Source of the DNA: an uncultured Bacilli bacterium
Lineage (GTDB): Bacteria; Bacillota_I; Bacilli_A; RF39; UBA660
Direction of reading: 5' to 3'
Assembly (NCBI GenBank): GCA_944332465.1
Contig: CALVJZ010000002.1
Location: forward strand, 1 to 44,151
DNA: 44,151 bases
This document shows, piece by piece, positions 25,211 through 35,455 of this stretch; the stretch's first letter is position 1, and every line of letters begins with the position of its first letter. The notes under the pieces are model-generated. The model was not told the DNA's origin, ran no database searches, and saw only the letters and a list, made by a program, of their open reading frames with translations. The position numbers and the translations under genes are program-made.

Positions 25211-25847
25211 TGAAAAAAGAATCTCTCCAAGTGTTGTAGCCATCGTAGGTGCCGTTTTAACACTAATCGGAGGATTCTTTATTTCTTATAACTATATTCA
25301 AGCCAAGAAGGTATATGCTTATGATTATATGGCAAATGTCTTCTATGAAAGTAATGAAAAAGAAGAGGTTGCTAGTCAAATTGTAGAAGAACAAGAAGGA
25401 GAAAACGAAGAGGAAGAAGAAAGTGATACATATACAGATGAATACATTGGATATCTAACTATACCAAAGATTAATCTAAATAAAGGATTTGTTGATAAAC
25501 GTTCATCTGAAAATGATGTTGAAAAAAACATTATGGTAATTGAAGGTTCTAATTACCCAAATGTTAAAAAAGGAAACTTTATTATCGCTGGACACTCAGG
25601 TACAGGATGGAAAGCTTTCTTTAATGAATTATATCGCTTAAACATTGGCGATGAAGCTTATGTTACATATAAAGGAAAAAAATATACCTATAAAATAACA
25701 AATATATACAAACAGCCAAAAACTGGTAAAATAGCAATTTATCGTAATTATGATAAGACAACATTAACACTAATAACTTGTACCAACAATGACGATACAA
25801 CACAGACAGTCTATATTGCTGAATTAGATAATGTAGTAGAAGAATAA
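25164..25847 (+). CDS. Sortase-family transpeptidase (class unclear), atypical active-site region
   Basis: N-terminal TM helix, IIAGHSG (His), and TLTLITC (Cys at 25779-25781). No Arg lies downstream of the Cys. Start is GTG 25164 or TTG 25176 (GGTGGA SD), overlapping the adhesin gene by 35-47 nt. Confidence 0.75.
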   Translation: MDLNLFKRTQNLTEYNEKRISPSVVAIVGAVLTLIGGFFISYNYIQAKKVYAYDYMANVFYESNEKEEVASQIVEEQEGENEEEEESDTYTDEYIGYLTIPKINLNKGFVDKRSSENDVEKNIMVIEGSNYPNVKKGNFIIAGHSGTGWKAFFNELYRLNIGDEAYVTYKGKKYTYKITNIYKQPKTGKIAIYRNYDKTTLTLITCTNNDDTTQTVYIAELDNVVEE

Positions 25848-25870
25848 AAGAGTGAAGTAGGGGGGTGAAG

Positions 25871-27223
25871 ATGATGTCGAAGTTATCGCTTTTAGATAAA
25901 TTAAAAATATTGGGAGATGTCACATCATCTTCTGGCCTTTTTGTAGTAGCAATCATCATTTTAATAGGAATTTCTATTCTTTTAGTTACAACTACAACAA
26001 GGACAAAAAAATTAAGTAAATATCTTTGTATTGGAATGTATTCTATCATAATCATACTTACTTTGATATTTTTTAGAACCGAACTATTTAAAATGTTTGA
26101 TTACATGATGAACAATCTATTTGTTGCTATATACTTTCCTAACTTAGCAATTTATTTCGCAGCAATAATTATTACTAACATTATCTTCTGGGTCTCTATC
26201 TTTAATAGAAAAATATCTAAGTGGATACGTGTGATTAATACTTCCGTATTTTGTATGATTACTTATATCCTAATCTTAGTAATGAGTGTTATTTCTAAAA
26301 ATAAACTAGATATTTTTAGTCAAACATCAATTTATCAAAATAAAAATGCTTTAGGACTAATAGAACTATCTAGTACTATATTTATAGTATGGATTTTATT
26401 CTTATTAATCTATAAAGCAATTAGAATTTATCAAGAAAATCAAGGTGTTGTACCACAAGAAGTAAAAGAAAAAGTAATTATTAAAGAGCGCCCAATATTT
26501 AATAAACCAATTGTAAAAGTAAAAAAAGAAATTGTTGAAAAGAAAAAATTACCAGCAAATTTCAAAAATATAGAAGCTCCAAGGTATGTCTTTGGAAATT
26601 ATGCTAAAAAAGAAGAAGAAGAACCAGTCTTAGTTGAGACTATCAAAAAGGATATAGTAGAAGAAAAACCTATTATAAATATTCCAGAAGAAAAAGAACC
26701 AGTTATCGTAAGTTCTACACCAAAGAAAAAGACAACACCAACAGAAAATATTCCTACTCATAATCCAATACCTTTTGTAGATGAAGAAGTAATAGTAGAA
26801 CATACAATACCTGAACCAATATTAAGCGAGTCTCCACAATTTTTAGATATTATGTTACAAGATCAAGGAATTATGAAACCACAACAAGAAAAATCTAAAG
26901 ATGAACCACAACTTGTTAAAATATCAAAAGAAACAAAACCTACAGAGATAAAACCTAAGACAATAACAGAACAAAAATCTCCACAACTAGTTATAAAACC
27001 TGTTATTGAAAAACCTGTAGAACCTAAGATTGTTTCTTCACCAAAAGAAAAAGAAGAAGACATTTTATCTGGTCTTAAAACAGTTGAAGACTGTAAAAAG
27101 TTTTTAGCAATTCTAAAAAGTTATCAGAGAAATGAACAGTTTAAAGCACAACTAGAACAAAGACAAGAAAGTAGACAAATCTCTGAAAAAGATTTAGTAG
27201 ATTTAGTACATAGAACAAGATAA
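25871..27223 (+). CDS. Polytopic membrane protein with a long Pro/Lys/Glu-rich C-terminal region (unknown function)
   Basis: About 6 TM helices in the first 190 aa, then low-complexity KPxxEKP-type sequence. A GGGGGG SD precedes ATG 25871. Starts 23 nt after the sortase stop. Confidence 0.6.
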   Translation: MMSKLSLLDKLKILGDVTSSSGLFVVAIIILIGISILLVTTTTRTKKLSKYLCIGMYSIIIILTLIFFRTELFKMFDYMMNNLFVAIYFPNLAIYFAAIIITNIIFWVSIFNRKISKWIRVINTSVFCMITYILILVMSVISKNKLDIFSQTSIYQNKNALGLIELSSTIFIVWILFLLIYKAIRIYQENQGVVPQEVKEKVIIKERPIFNKPIVKVKKEIVEKKKLPANFKNIEAPRYVFGNYAKKEEEEPVLVETIKKDIVEEKPIINIPEEKEPVIVSSTPKKKTTPTENIPTHNPIPFVDEEVIVEHTIPEPILSESPQFLDIMLQDQGIMKPQQEKSKDEPQLVKISKETKPTEIKPKTITEQKSPQLVIKPVIEKPVEPKIVSSPKEKEEDILSGLKTVEDCKKFLAILKSYQRNEQFKAQLEQRQESRQISEKDLVDLVHRTR

Positions 27224-27249
27224 TCACTAGCTTAGCCTAGTGATTTTTC
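27223..27249 (+). terminator. Terminator closing the adhesin-sortase-membrane protein unit
   Basis: ATCACTAG (27223-27230), CTTAGC loop, CTAGTGAT (27237-27244), then TTTTT. Confidence 0.8.
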
Positions 27250-27250
27250 T

Positions 27251-27278
27251 TTGCGAAAATATAAAAATACGGTATAAT
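27251..27278 (+). promoter_or_regulatory. Sigma-A promoter of pcrA
   Basis: TTGCGA (27251-27256), 16-nt spacer, TATAAT (27273-27278). The -10 box overlaps the track's ATG 27277. Confidence 0.6.
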
Positions 27279-27300
27279 GGAGATGGAAAGTAGGTATATA

Positions 27301-29400
27301 ATGTTAGAAGGATTAAATGACAAACAAAAAGAAGCGGTTCTCTATAATGAGGGTCCATTATTAATTATTGCCGGAGCTGGAGCAGGAAAGACTAAAACCT
27401 TAACTACCAAAATAGCATATTTAATTGAAGAAGGTTTTGCCTATCCTTACAACGTTCTAGCAATCACTTTTACCAATAAAGCAGCCAAAGAAATGAAAGA
27501 TAGATTATATGGTCTAATCGGAGACTTAGCAAAAAAAGTACAAGTATCTACCTTCCATAGCTTTGGATTAAAATTATTAAGAGAAAACTTTGAAAAATTA
27601 GGATATGATAAAAATTTTGTAATTATGGATAGCGATGATTCTTTAACCGTTGTTAAAAAGATTATTAAAGATTTAGGATATGATCCTAAAATATATAATC
27701 CTCGTGGAATTAGAAATAAAATAAGTAGTTGTAAAAATGAAATGATGACACCAGATATGTATGAAAGATATGCAGTTAGTGACTATGAAAAAGTAGTTTT
27801 AGAAGTGTATAGAAAATATGAAGAAAAACTAAAGAAAAATAATTCTGTTGATTTTGATGATTTATTACTATTACCTATAAAACTATTTAAAGAAAATCCT
27901 ACTACTTTACAAAAATATCAAGAATTATATACATATATCTTAATTGATGAGTATCAAGATACTAATGAAGCACAATATATTTTATCCAAGCTAATTAGTG
28001 CTAAATCGCGAAAAATAACTTGCGTAGGAGATGACTCACAAAGTATATATAGTTTCCGTGGTGCTAATTATAAAAACATCTTAAACTTTGAAAAGGATTA
28101 TAAAGATGCTAAAACTATTCTTCTAGAAGAAAACTATCGTTCAACTAGTACCATTCTAGATGCCGCAAACCAAGTGATAAAAAATAATACTCAAAGAAAA
28201 GATAAAAATTTATGGACATCACGTGGTGTAGGAGAAAAAATAAAATATTATAGAGCTTATAACGAACGTGACGAAGCACAATATGTTATTAGAAAGATAA
28301 AAGAGTTAAGAAATAAGGACGTCGAGTATAAAGACATTGCAGTTTTATATAGAACTAATGCTCAATCACGTGTTTTAGAAGAAGAAATGTTAAAAGAAAA
28401 CATGCCATATCGTGTTATAGGTAGTTTTTATTTCTACTCAAGAAAAGAAATTAAGGACTTAATTGCCTATCTACGATTAATTCATAATTCAAAAGATAAT
28501 GTAAGCTTACTTCGAGTAATTAATACTCCTAAAAGAGGAATAGGTCTAAAAACCATTGAAAACTTAACTGCTAAAGCTGACTTGAATTCAACAAGTATTT
28601 ATGATGCTATAGAAACAGGAAAAGAATTAGAATTTAAAAAGACTATAGAAAAATTAAAAACACTTGCAGATGAACTTACTTTAACAGAATTAATTGATAA
28701 AGTCTTAGATGCCTCTGGTATGAGACAAGAATTAGAAAGTGAAAATACATTAGAAGCAGAAGTAAGATTAGAAAACCTTGAAGAATTTAAATCAATTACT
28801 AAATCTTTTGAAGAAAGAGAAGGTCTAGTTTCTCTAGAAGATTTCTTATTAGAAATTAGTTTGATTAGTGATGTTGAAGAATATAAGGATGATCCAAATA
28901 GAATTAGTTTAATGACAGTTCATTCTGTCAAAGGACTAGAATTTGATCATGTATTTGTTGTAGGTATGGAAGAAGGAATATTTCCTCATATGAATTCTTT
29001 AATGGAAACTAGTGAATTAGAAGAAGAAAGAAGATTATGTTATGTTGCTATCACAAGAGCAAAAGATGATTTACACTTAGTAAATGCAAGAAGAAGAACT
29101 TTATTTGGTAAAGAACAAATTAATCCTGTTAGTCGTTTTATAGGTGAAATAAATTCTGACTTAATTGAGACAAATGTAAAAGAAGAATTACCAAAACAAG
29201 AAGAAAAAATAGATACTGGCGAAATGTTTAGAGAAGAAGAGGTTGACTATCAAGTAGGAGACTATGTCTACCATGAAACATTTGGAACAGGTAGAGTAGT
29301 AGAAGTAACAAATACTTTAGTAAGTGTTGCTTTTAAACATCCTCATGGAATAAAAAAATTAATGAAAAATCATAAAAAATTATCAAAAGTTACAAATTAA
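27301..29400 (+). CDS. pcrA: ATP-dependent DNA helicase PcrA (UvrD/Rep family)
   Basis: Walker A AGAGAGKTKT, motif II DEYQDTN, VHSVKGLEF. Bacillus-like linkage to ligA. ATG 27301, because 27277 lies inside the -10 box. Confidence 0.9.
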   Translation: MLEGLNDKQKEAVLYNEGPLLIIAGAGAGKTKTLTTKIAYLIEEGFAYPYNVLAITFTNKAAKEMKDRLYGLIGDLAKKVQVSTFHSFGLKLLRENFEKLGYDKNFVIMDSDDSLTVVKKIIKDLGYDPKIYNPRGIRNKISSCKNEMMTPDMYERYAVSDYEKVVLEVYRKYEEKLKKNNSVDFDDLLLLPIKLFKENPTTLQKYQELYTYILIDEYQDTNEAQYILSKLISAKSRKITCVGDDSQSIYSFRGANYKNILNFEKDYKDAKTILLEENYRSTSTILDAANQVIKNNTQRKDKNLWTSRGVGEKIKYYRAYNERDEAQYVIRKIKELRNKDVEYKDIAVLYRTNAQSRVLEEEMLKENMPYRVIGSFYFYSRKEIKDLIAYLRLIHNSKDNVSLLRVINTPKRGIGLKTIENLTAKADLNSTSIYDAIETGKELEFKKTIEKLKTLADELTLTELIDKVLDASGMRQELESENTLEAEVRLENLEEFKSITKSFEEREGLVSLEDFLLEISLISDVEEYKDDPNRISLMTVHSVKGLEFDHVFVVGMEEGIFPHMNSLMETSELEEERRLCYVAITRAKDDLHLVNARRRTLFGKEQINPVSRFIGEINSDLIETNVKEELPKQEEKIDTGEMFREEEVDYQVGDYVYHETFGTGRVVEVTNTLVSVAFKHPHGIKKLMKNHKKLSKVTN

Positions 29401-29413
29401 AAGGAGAGATAAA

Positions 29414-30322
29414 ATGAGTAAAACTTTATTAATTTTAGCGGCAGGAATGGGTAGTAGATTTGGAGGATTAAAACAAATTGAACCAATCGGACCTAATGGA
29501 GAGTTTATTATTGATTATTCTATTTATGATGCTAAACGAGCAGGCTTTGACAAAGTAGTATTTATCATTAAAGAAGAAAATTATGATGTTTTTAAAGAAA
29601 CAATTGGTAAAAGAGTTGAACCTTATATTAAAACAGAATATGTATTTCAAAAAAATGATAATTTACCAGAAAAATATCAAAAATTACTTAAAGATAGAGA
29701 AAAACCACTAGGAACATCTCATGCAATTCTTTGCGCAAAAGATAAAATACATGAACCGTTCATCATAATCAATGCAGATGATTTTTATGGTTATGATGCG
29801 TATCGTGTTTCTATGGAATATTTAAAAAATATAAATCCAAAAAGATATGGTTTGGTTGCTTATCATTTGGGTAATACTCTTCCTGTAAATGGAAAGGCTA
29901 AAAGAGGTATTTGTATTGCAGATAAAAATGATGAACTGGTTAATCTGATTGAAAGTAAAGTAGAACTAAAAGGAGATGAAATAGAAGCTTCTCCATTAAG
30001 TGGTGCTAAAACATTTATGACTGCTAAAGAAACTTTAGTAGCAATGAATTTATTTGTTTTCACACCAGACTTATTTGATATTTTAGAAATTCAACTAAAA
30101 GAATTCTTAGATAAAAATAAAGACAACTTAGATTCTTGTGAATTTTTAATAACAGATTCGTTAAATAAACTAGTAGAAGATAAAGAGATTGTAGTAGACG
30201 TTTTATATACAACTGCAGTCTGGTATGGATTAACATATAAGGAAGATTTAGAAGAGTTAAAAACAGCTATTGAGAAAATGATAAAAGATAATATTTATCC
30301 ACATAAATTGTGGAAAGAATAA
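29414..30322 (+). CDS. Sugar-phosphate nucleotidyltransferase family protein
   Basis: LILAAGMGSRFGGLKQ N-terminal NTP-transferase motif. Only 13 nt downstream of pcrA, with an AAGGAGAG SD. Confidence 0.7.
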   Translation: MSKTLLILAAGMGSRFGGLKQIEPIGPNGEFIIDYSIYDAKRAGFDKVVFIIKEENYDVFKETIGKRVEPYIKTEYVFQKNDNLPEKYQKLLKDREKPLGTSHAILCAKDKIHEPFIIINADDFYGYDAYRVSMEYLKNINPKRYGLVAYHLGNTLPVNGKAKRGICIADKNDELVNLIESKVELKGDEIEASPLSGAKTFMTAKETLVAMNLFVFTPDLFDILEIQLKEFLDKNKDNLDSCEFLITDSLNKLVEDKEIVVDVLYTTAVWYGLTYKEDLEELKTAIEKMIKDNIYPHKLWKE

Positions 30323-30375
30323 AATAAATAAAAGAAAATATGATATAATAAATAAAAATAATAAAAGGAGAGATT

Positions 30376-31026
30376 ATGGAACAAACAACTGAACTATTTC
30401 CCAAAGTATTTACTTGGTTATTTATAGGATTATTAATCACTTTTGTAAGTGGTTATGCCCTATATCTAAACGAGTCACTACTATTTAGTTTAATGTCATC
30501 AATGTCAACATTATTAATTATTGTTATAGTTGAATTAGTAATAGCTTTTGTACTAAGTGCTAGAATTCAAAAAATGAATCCTGTGACCATGAAAGTATTA
30601 TATGTCATTTATTGTTTAATTACAGGACTTACTTTTTCATCAATTTTTATTGTTTATGAAATGGGTTCAATTATTAGTATATTCTTAATTACTGCACTAA
30701 TATTTGCTGTACTTGCAATATATGGACATAGAACTCATAGAGATTTAACAAAATTTGGTACTATTTTAATATTCACATTACTTGGTATTTTACTTGCCGG
30801 AATTGTAAATATCTTTTTACAAAACTCTATGCTAGACTTAATATTAACATCACTTGGAGTTCTAATATTTATGGGCTATATTGCATATGATGTTCAAAAA
30901 ATAAAAACTATGGTACCATATGTCGGAGAAGAAAAAGCTGCCGTATATGGAGCGTTTAGTTTATACTTAGACTTTATCAACTTACTAATAAGACTATTAC
31001 AATTATTTGGGAAGAAAAATGATTAG
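30376..31026 (+). CDS. Bax inhibitor-1/YccA-family membrane protein
   Basis: 216 aa with 7 TM helices and a typical BI-1 C-terminus (YLDFINLLIRLLQLFG). Confidence 0.75.
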   Translation: MEQTTELFPKVFTWLFIGLLITFVSGYALYLNESLLFSLMSSMSTLLIIVIVELVIAFVLSARIQKMNPVTMKVLYVIYCLITGLTFSSIFIVYEMGSIISIFLITALIFAVLAIYGHRTHRDLTKFGTILIFTLLGILLAGIVNIFLQNSMLDLILTSLGVLIFMGYIAYDVQKIKTMVPYVGEEKAAVYGAFSLYLDFINLLIRLLQLFGKKND

Positions 31027-31047
31027 GACGTCAGTCCTTTTCTTTTT
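31025..31047 (+). terminator. Terminator after the BI-1 gene
   Basis: AGGAC (31025-31029), GTCA loop, GTCCT (31034-31038), then TTTTCTTTTT. Confidence 0.6.
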
Positions 31048-31127
31048 GTAAAAATATGTAAAAACCAAAAAAAAGAAAGTTCAAAAACTAAAAAACATGA
31101 TATTCTATAGATAATAGAGGTGGTTTC

Positions 31128-31871
31128 ATGATTTATTGTAAAAGATGTGGTGCAGCAAACACCCCTGGAGATAAGTACTGTAAAAATTGTGGAGATATTT
31201 TAGCTGACCAACAAAAAGAAGAACAAAATAATCCAGTAGATAATAATGAAGTGTCACTAGGAGCTGCTAAAAAAGAAGAACCCTTAGAAATAAATCCTAT
31301 TCCTGTACCCGAAAGAAAACCTACACCTATAAATAAAAACCAAAGAGAGTTTTTAAAAGAAGCAAATAAAAAAACAAACCCTATAACTTTAATTATTATA
31401 GGAGCTATCATTGTTGTAATGTTATTAGCATTGTGGATAGCTTCTAATTTCATAAGTACTACCCAAACATATAATTTAACAGTAAGTGGATATTTATATG
31501 AAATACCAATTAAATATAATGCTTCTGTTTCTAATAACAACTTAACTTTATCTGGAGATGATTATGATTCTGAAGAAGGAATTGTTATTCAATTATATGG
31601 AGATGATTATGATAACTTACTAACAAATTTTAAACAAATGAAAGATGAAAATAATATGATTACGAACGTAGAAGAAAAAGATTTTGATGATGAGACGTGG
31701 ATTGTTGCTGATTACAAAACAGATGAGTATAAAGGAGTTATCGGTATAAAACGAATTAGTGATACACAAAGTTTCTGGGCACAAGTATTATCAAAAGATT
31801 ATGATAGAGGTTTAGAAATATTAGAAGAAATTACTCCTATTATAAATTCTGCTAAATGGTCGGGAGATTAA
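31128..31871 (+). CDS. Zinc-ribbon domain membrane protein (unknown function)
   Basis: N-terminal CKRCGAANTPGDKYCKNCG zinc ribbon, one TM helix, and an extracytoplasmic domain. Confidence 0.7.
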   Translation: MIYCKRCGAANTPGDKYCKNCGDILADQQKEEQNNPVDNNEVSLGAAKKEEPLEINPIPVPERKPTPINKNQREFLKEANKKTNPITLIIIGAIIVVMLLALWIASNFISTTQTYNLTVSGYLYEIPIKYNASVSNNNLTLSGDDYDSEEGIVIQLYGDDYDNLLTNFKQMKDENNMITNVEEKDFDDETWIVADYKTDEYKGVIGIKRISDTQSFWAQVLSKDYDRGLEILEEITPIINSAKWSGD

Positions 31872-31898
31872 GAAAGTAAATAGACTTTCTTTTTTTTT
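31871..31898 (+). terminator. Terminator after the zinc-ribbon gene
   Basis: AGAAAGT (31871-31877) pairs with ACTTTCT (31884-31890), then a T-run. Confidence 0.7.
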
Positions 31899-31912
31899 GA
31901 AAATAAAAATGA

Positions 31913-33913
<2,001 letters not shown>

Positions 33914-33964
33914 TTTTTCTTTACAAAAGTTATAAAAATATATATACTTAGTAATCAAATCGGA

Positions 33965-33993
33965 TTTACATAGAATGAAATTTATGATATAAT
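33965..33993 (+). promoter_or_regulatory. Sigma-A promoter with extended -10 (34023 operon)
   Basis: TTTACA (33965-33970), 17-nt spacer, TATAAT (33988-33993), with TG at 33985-33986. Confidence 0.65.
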
Positions 33994-34022
33994 AACGCAC
34001 AAATGAGGGGGTATATCAGAAC

Positions 34023-34667
34023 ATGAGTAAAAAGAAAAATAAAATAGTTGAAAAAGACTATGGCATGGATGATATTGAAATGGAAATTATTGAAGAAGAA
34101 CCACGTGCCAAAATTATAATGAATATTATTTTTATTATCATTATTGCTTTAGGTATTATGATAATAGCTGATGTTGTCTGTGTTATAAAATATGACAAAG
34201 GTCCATATTTTGCAATTCGTACCAAAGTTTATGACGATGGAGGAACTGAAGTGTATTATGGACTTGGCTATAAAGTAATAAAATATCATCAAGAGCAAGG
34301 AAGAAGAGACACCCAATTAGGTTTATGGACAATGAAATATAATACAAAGCCAACTGAAGTAGAAGCTTTAGACCTTGCTATTGAATTTAGAAATGCACCA
34401 GAAGACACAGCTAAAAAGTATGCCCACCAATTTGTCCGTATAACTGGTAGAATATATAAAATAAAAGATGATGAAATTATATTACGTTATCACGATCCCG
34501 ATGATTATTATACTTTAAAAATAAAATGTCCATTAGCAGAAAAAACAGATTTATCTTCTTTAGAAAAAGGAATGGAAACGACAGTACTCGGAACAATAGA
34601 TAGTTTTACTTTAAAGACAAAGAAAAACCCTAATCAAGTTAATATGAGTAACTGTTTTACGGAGTAG
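34023..34667 (+). CDS. Hypothetical membrane-anchored protein
   Basis: Acidic N-terminus, one TM helix, and an extracytoplasmic domain with YYGLGYKVIKY. GAGGGGG SD. No family recognised. Confidence 0.55.
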   Translation: MSKKKNKIVEKDYGMDDIEMEIIEEEPRAKIIMNIIFIIIIALGIMIIADVVCVIKYDKGPYFAIRTKVYDDGGTEVYYGLGYKVIKYHQEQGRRDTQLGLWTMKYNTKPTEVEALDLAIEFRNAPEDTAKKYAHQFVRITGRIYKIKDDEIILRYHDPDDYYTLKIKCPLAEKTDLSSLEKGMETTVLGTIDSFTLKTKKNPNQVNMSNCFTE

Positions 34668-34675
34668 GTAAAAAA

Positions 34676-35068
34676 ATGAATAGAATGCAAATATTTGCTG
34701 AAATTGCAGCTCTAGCAACAACAGCAACTTTACTATCTGGATGTAGTGGTGAAAGTAAAATAGCAAGCACAGAAAATACAGGAAGTGAACAATCAGCAAC
34801 AAGCACAGAAAATAAAGACTGCAAACATCTAATAGTAAATTTTGGAAATCAAACAGTCATCTTTAGAGAATGTGAGGGTTATAGAATTAATTGTTCAGCT
34901 AATAAAAGTGGAGGTACAGCGACTTACTCTATTATAAGTGATGGTGAAAACTTAATATCAGGATTTACATCAGAATATAATGATTATGTTACTAATCACG
35001 AACAAGTTGAAGAAATAGAACAAGAAGCAATCGAAAATGGAGCTTATGTTTTTAAACTACAAAAATAG
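34676..35068 (+). CDS. Small putative lipoprotein
   Basis: Signal peptide with lipobox LLSGC (Cys about aa 22). Starts 8 nt after the previous gene. Confidence 0.65.
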   Translation: MNRMQIFAEIAALATTATLLSGCSGESKIASTENTGSEQSATSTENKDCKHLIVNFGNQTVIFRECEGYRINCSANKSGGTATYSIISDGENLISGFTSEYNDYVTNHEQVEEIEQEAIENGAYVFKLQK

Positions 35069-35069
35069 T

Positions 35070-35097
35070 AAGAACTATGCATAGTAGTTCTTTTTTT
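35070..35097 (+). terminator. Terminator after the lipoprotein gene
   Basis: AAGAACTA (35070-35077) pairs with TAGTTCTT (35085-35092), then T7. Confidence 0.8.
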
Positions 35098-35110
35098 GCT
35101 CTTAAAATTA

Positions 35111-35119
35111 TGATATAAT
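35111..35119 (+). promoter_or_regulatory. Extended -10 promoter element of gatCAB
   Basis: TGaTATAAT at 35111-35119. AAGGAGG SD before ATG 35149. Confidence 0.55.
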
Positions 35120-35148
35120 AACTAAAGTTAAAGGAGGAAATCCAAACG

Positions 35149-35454
35149 ATGGAAAAACTAACTAGAGAAGAAGTATTACATGTTGCTCATCTAGCAAGAA
35201 TTAAAGTAGATGAAGAAGAAATTGAAAAATATCAAGTAGAATTAAAACAATTATTAAATGATGTTGATAAAATAAAAGAAGTAAAAGGATATGATGATGA
35301 AAGAATGATTGCTCCTTGGCAGGCAGATACTACACCTAGAGAAGATATAGCTGGTGAAATGTTAAATCCTAAAGAAGTATTAAAAAATGCTCCTAAACAT
35401 AGTGGTAACTATATTGAAGTACCAATAGTAATTAGTGAGAGTGAGGGGGCCTAG
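35149..35454 (+). CDS. gatC: Asp/Glu-tRNA(Asn/Gln) amidotransferase subunit C
   Basis: About 100 aa, with LTREEVLHVAHLARI at the N-terminus. First gene of gatCAB. Confidence 0.9.
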   Translation: MEKLTREEVLHVAHLARIKVDEEEIEKYQVELKQLLNDVDKIKEVKGYDDERMIAPWQADTTPREDIAGEMLNPKEVLKNAPKHSGNYIEVPIVISESEGA

Positions 35455-35455
35455 T

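Noticed and set aside
27277-27300. N-terminal extensions proposed by the ORF track. These are pcrA 27277, 21050, 22063, 23669, 14564, 35435, 36900, 41867 and 108.
   Set aside because: Some of these starts lie within or directly next to the -10 box. Others lie inside the SD sequence or overlap the previous gene without an SD. In each case a downstream ATG or GTG with a properly spaced SD gives a typical family N-terminus.
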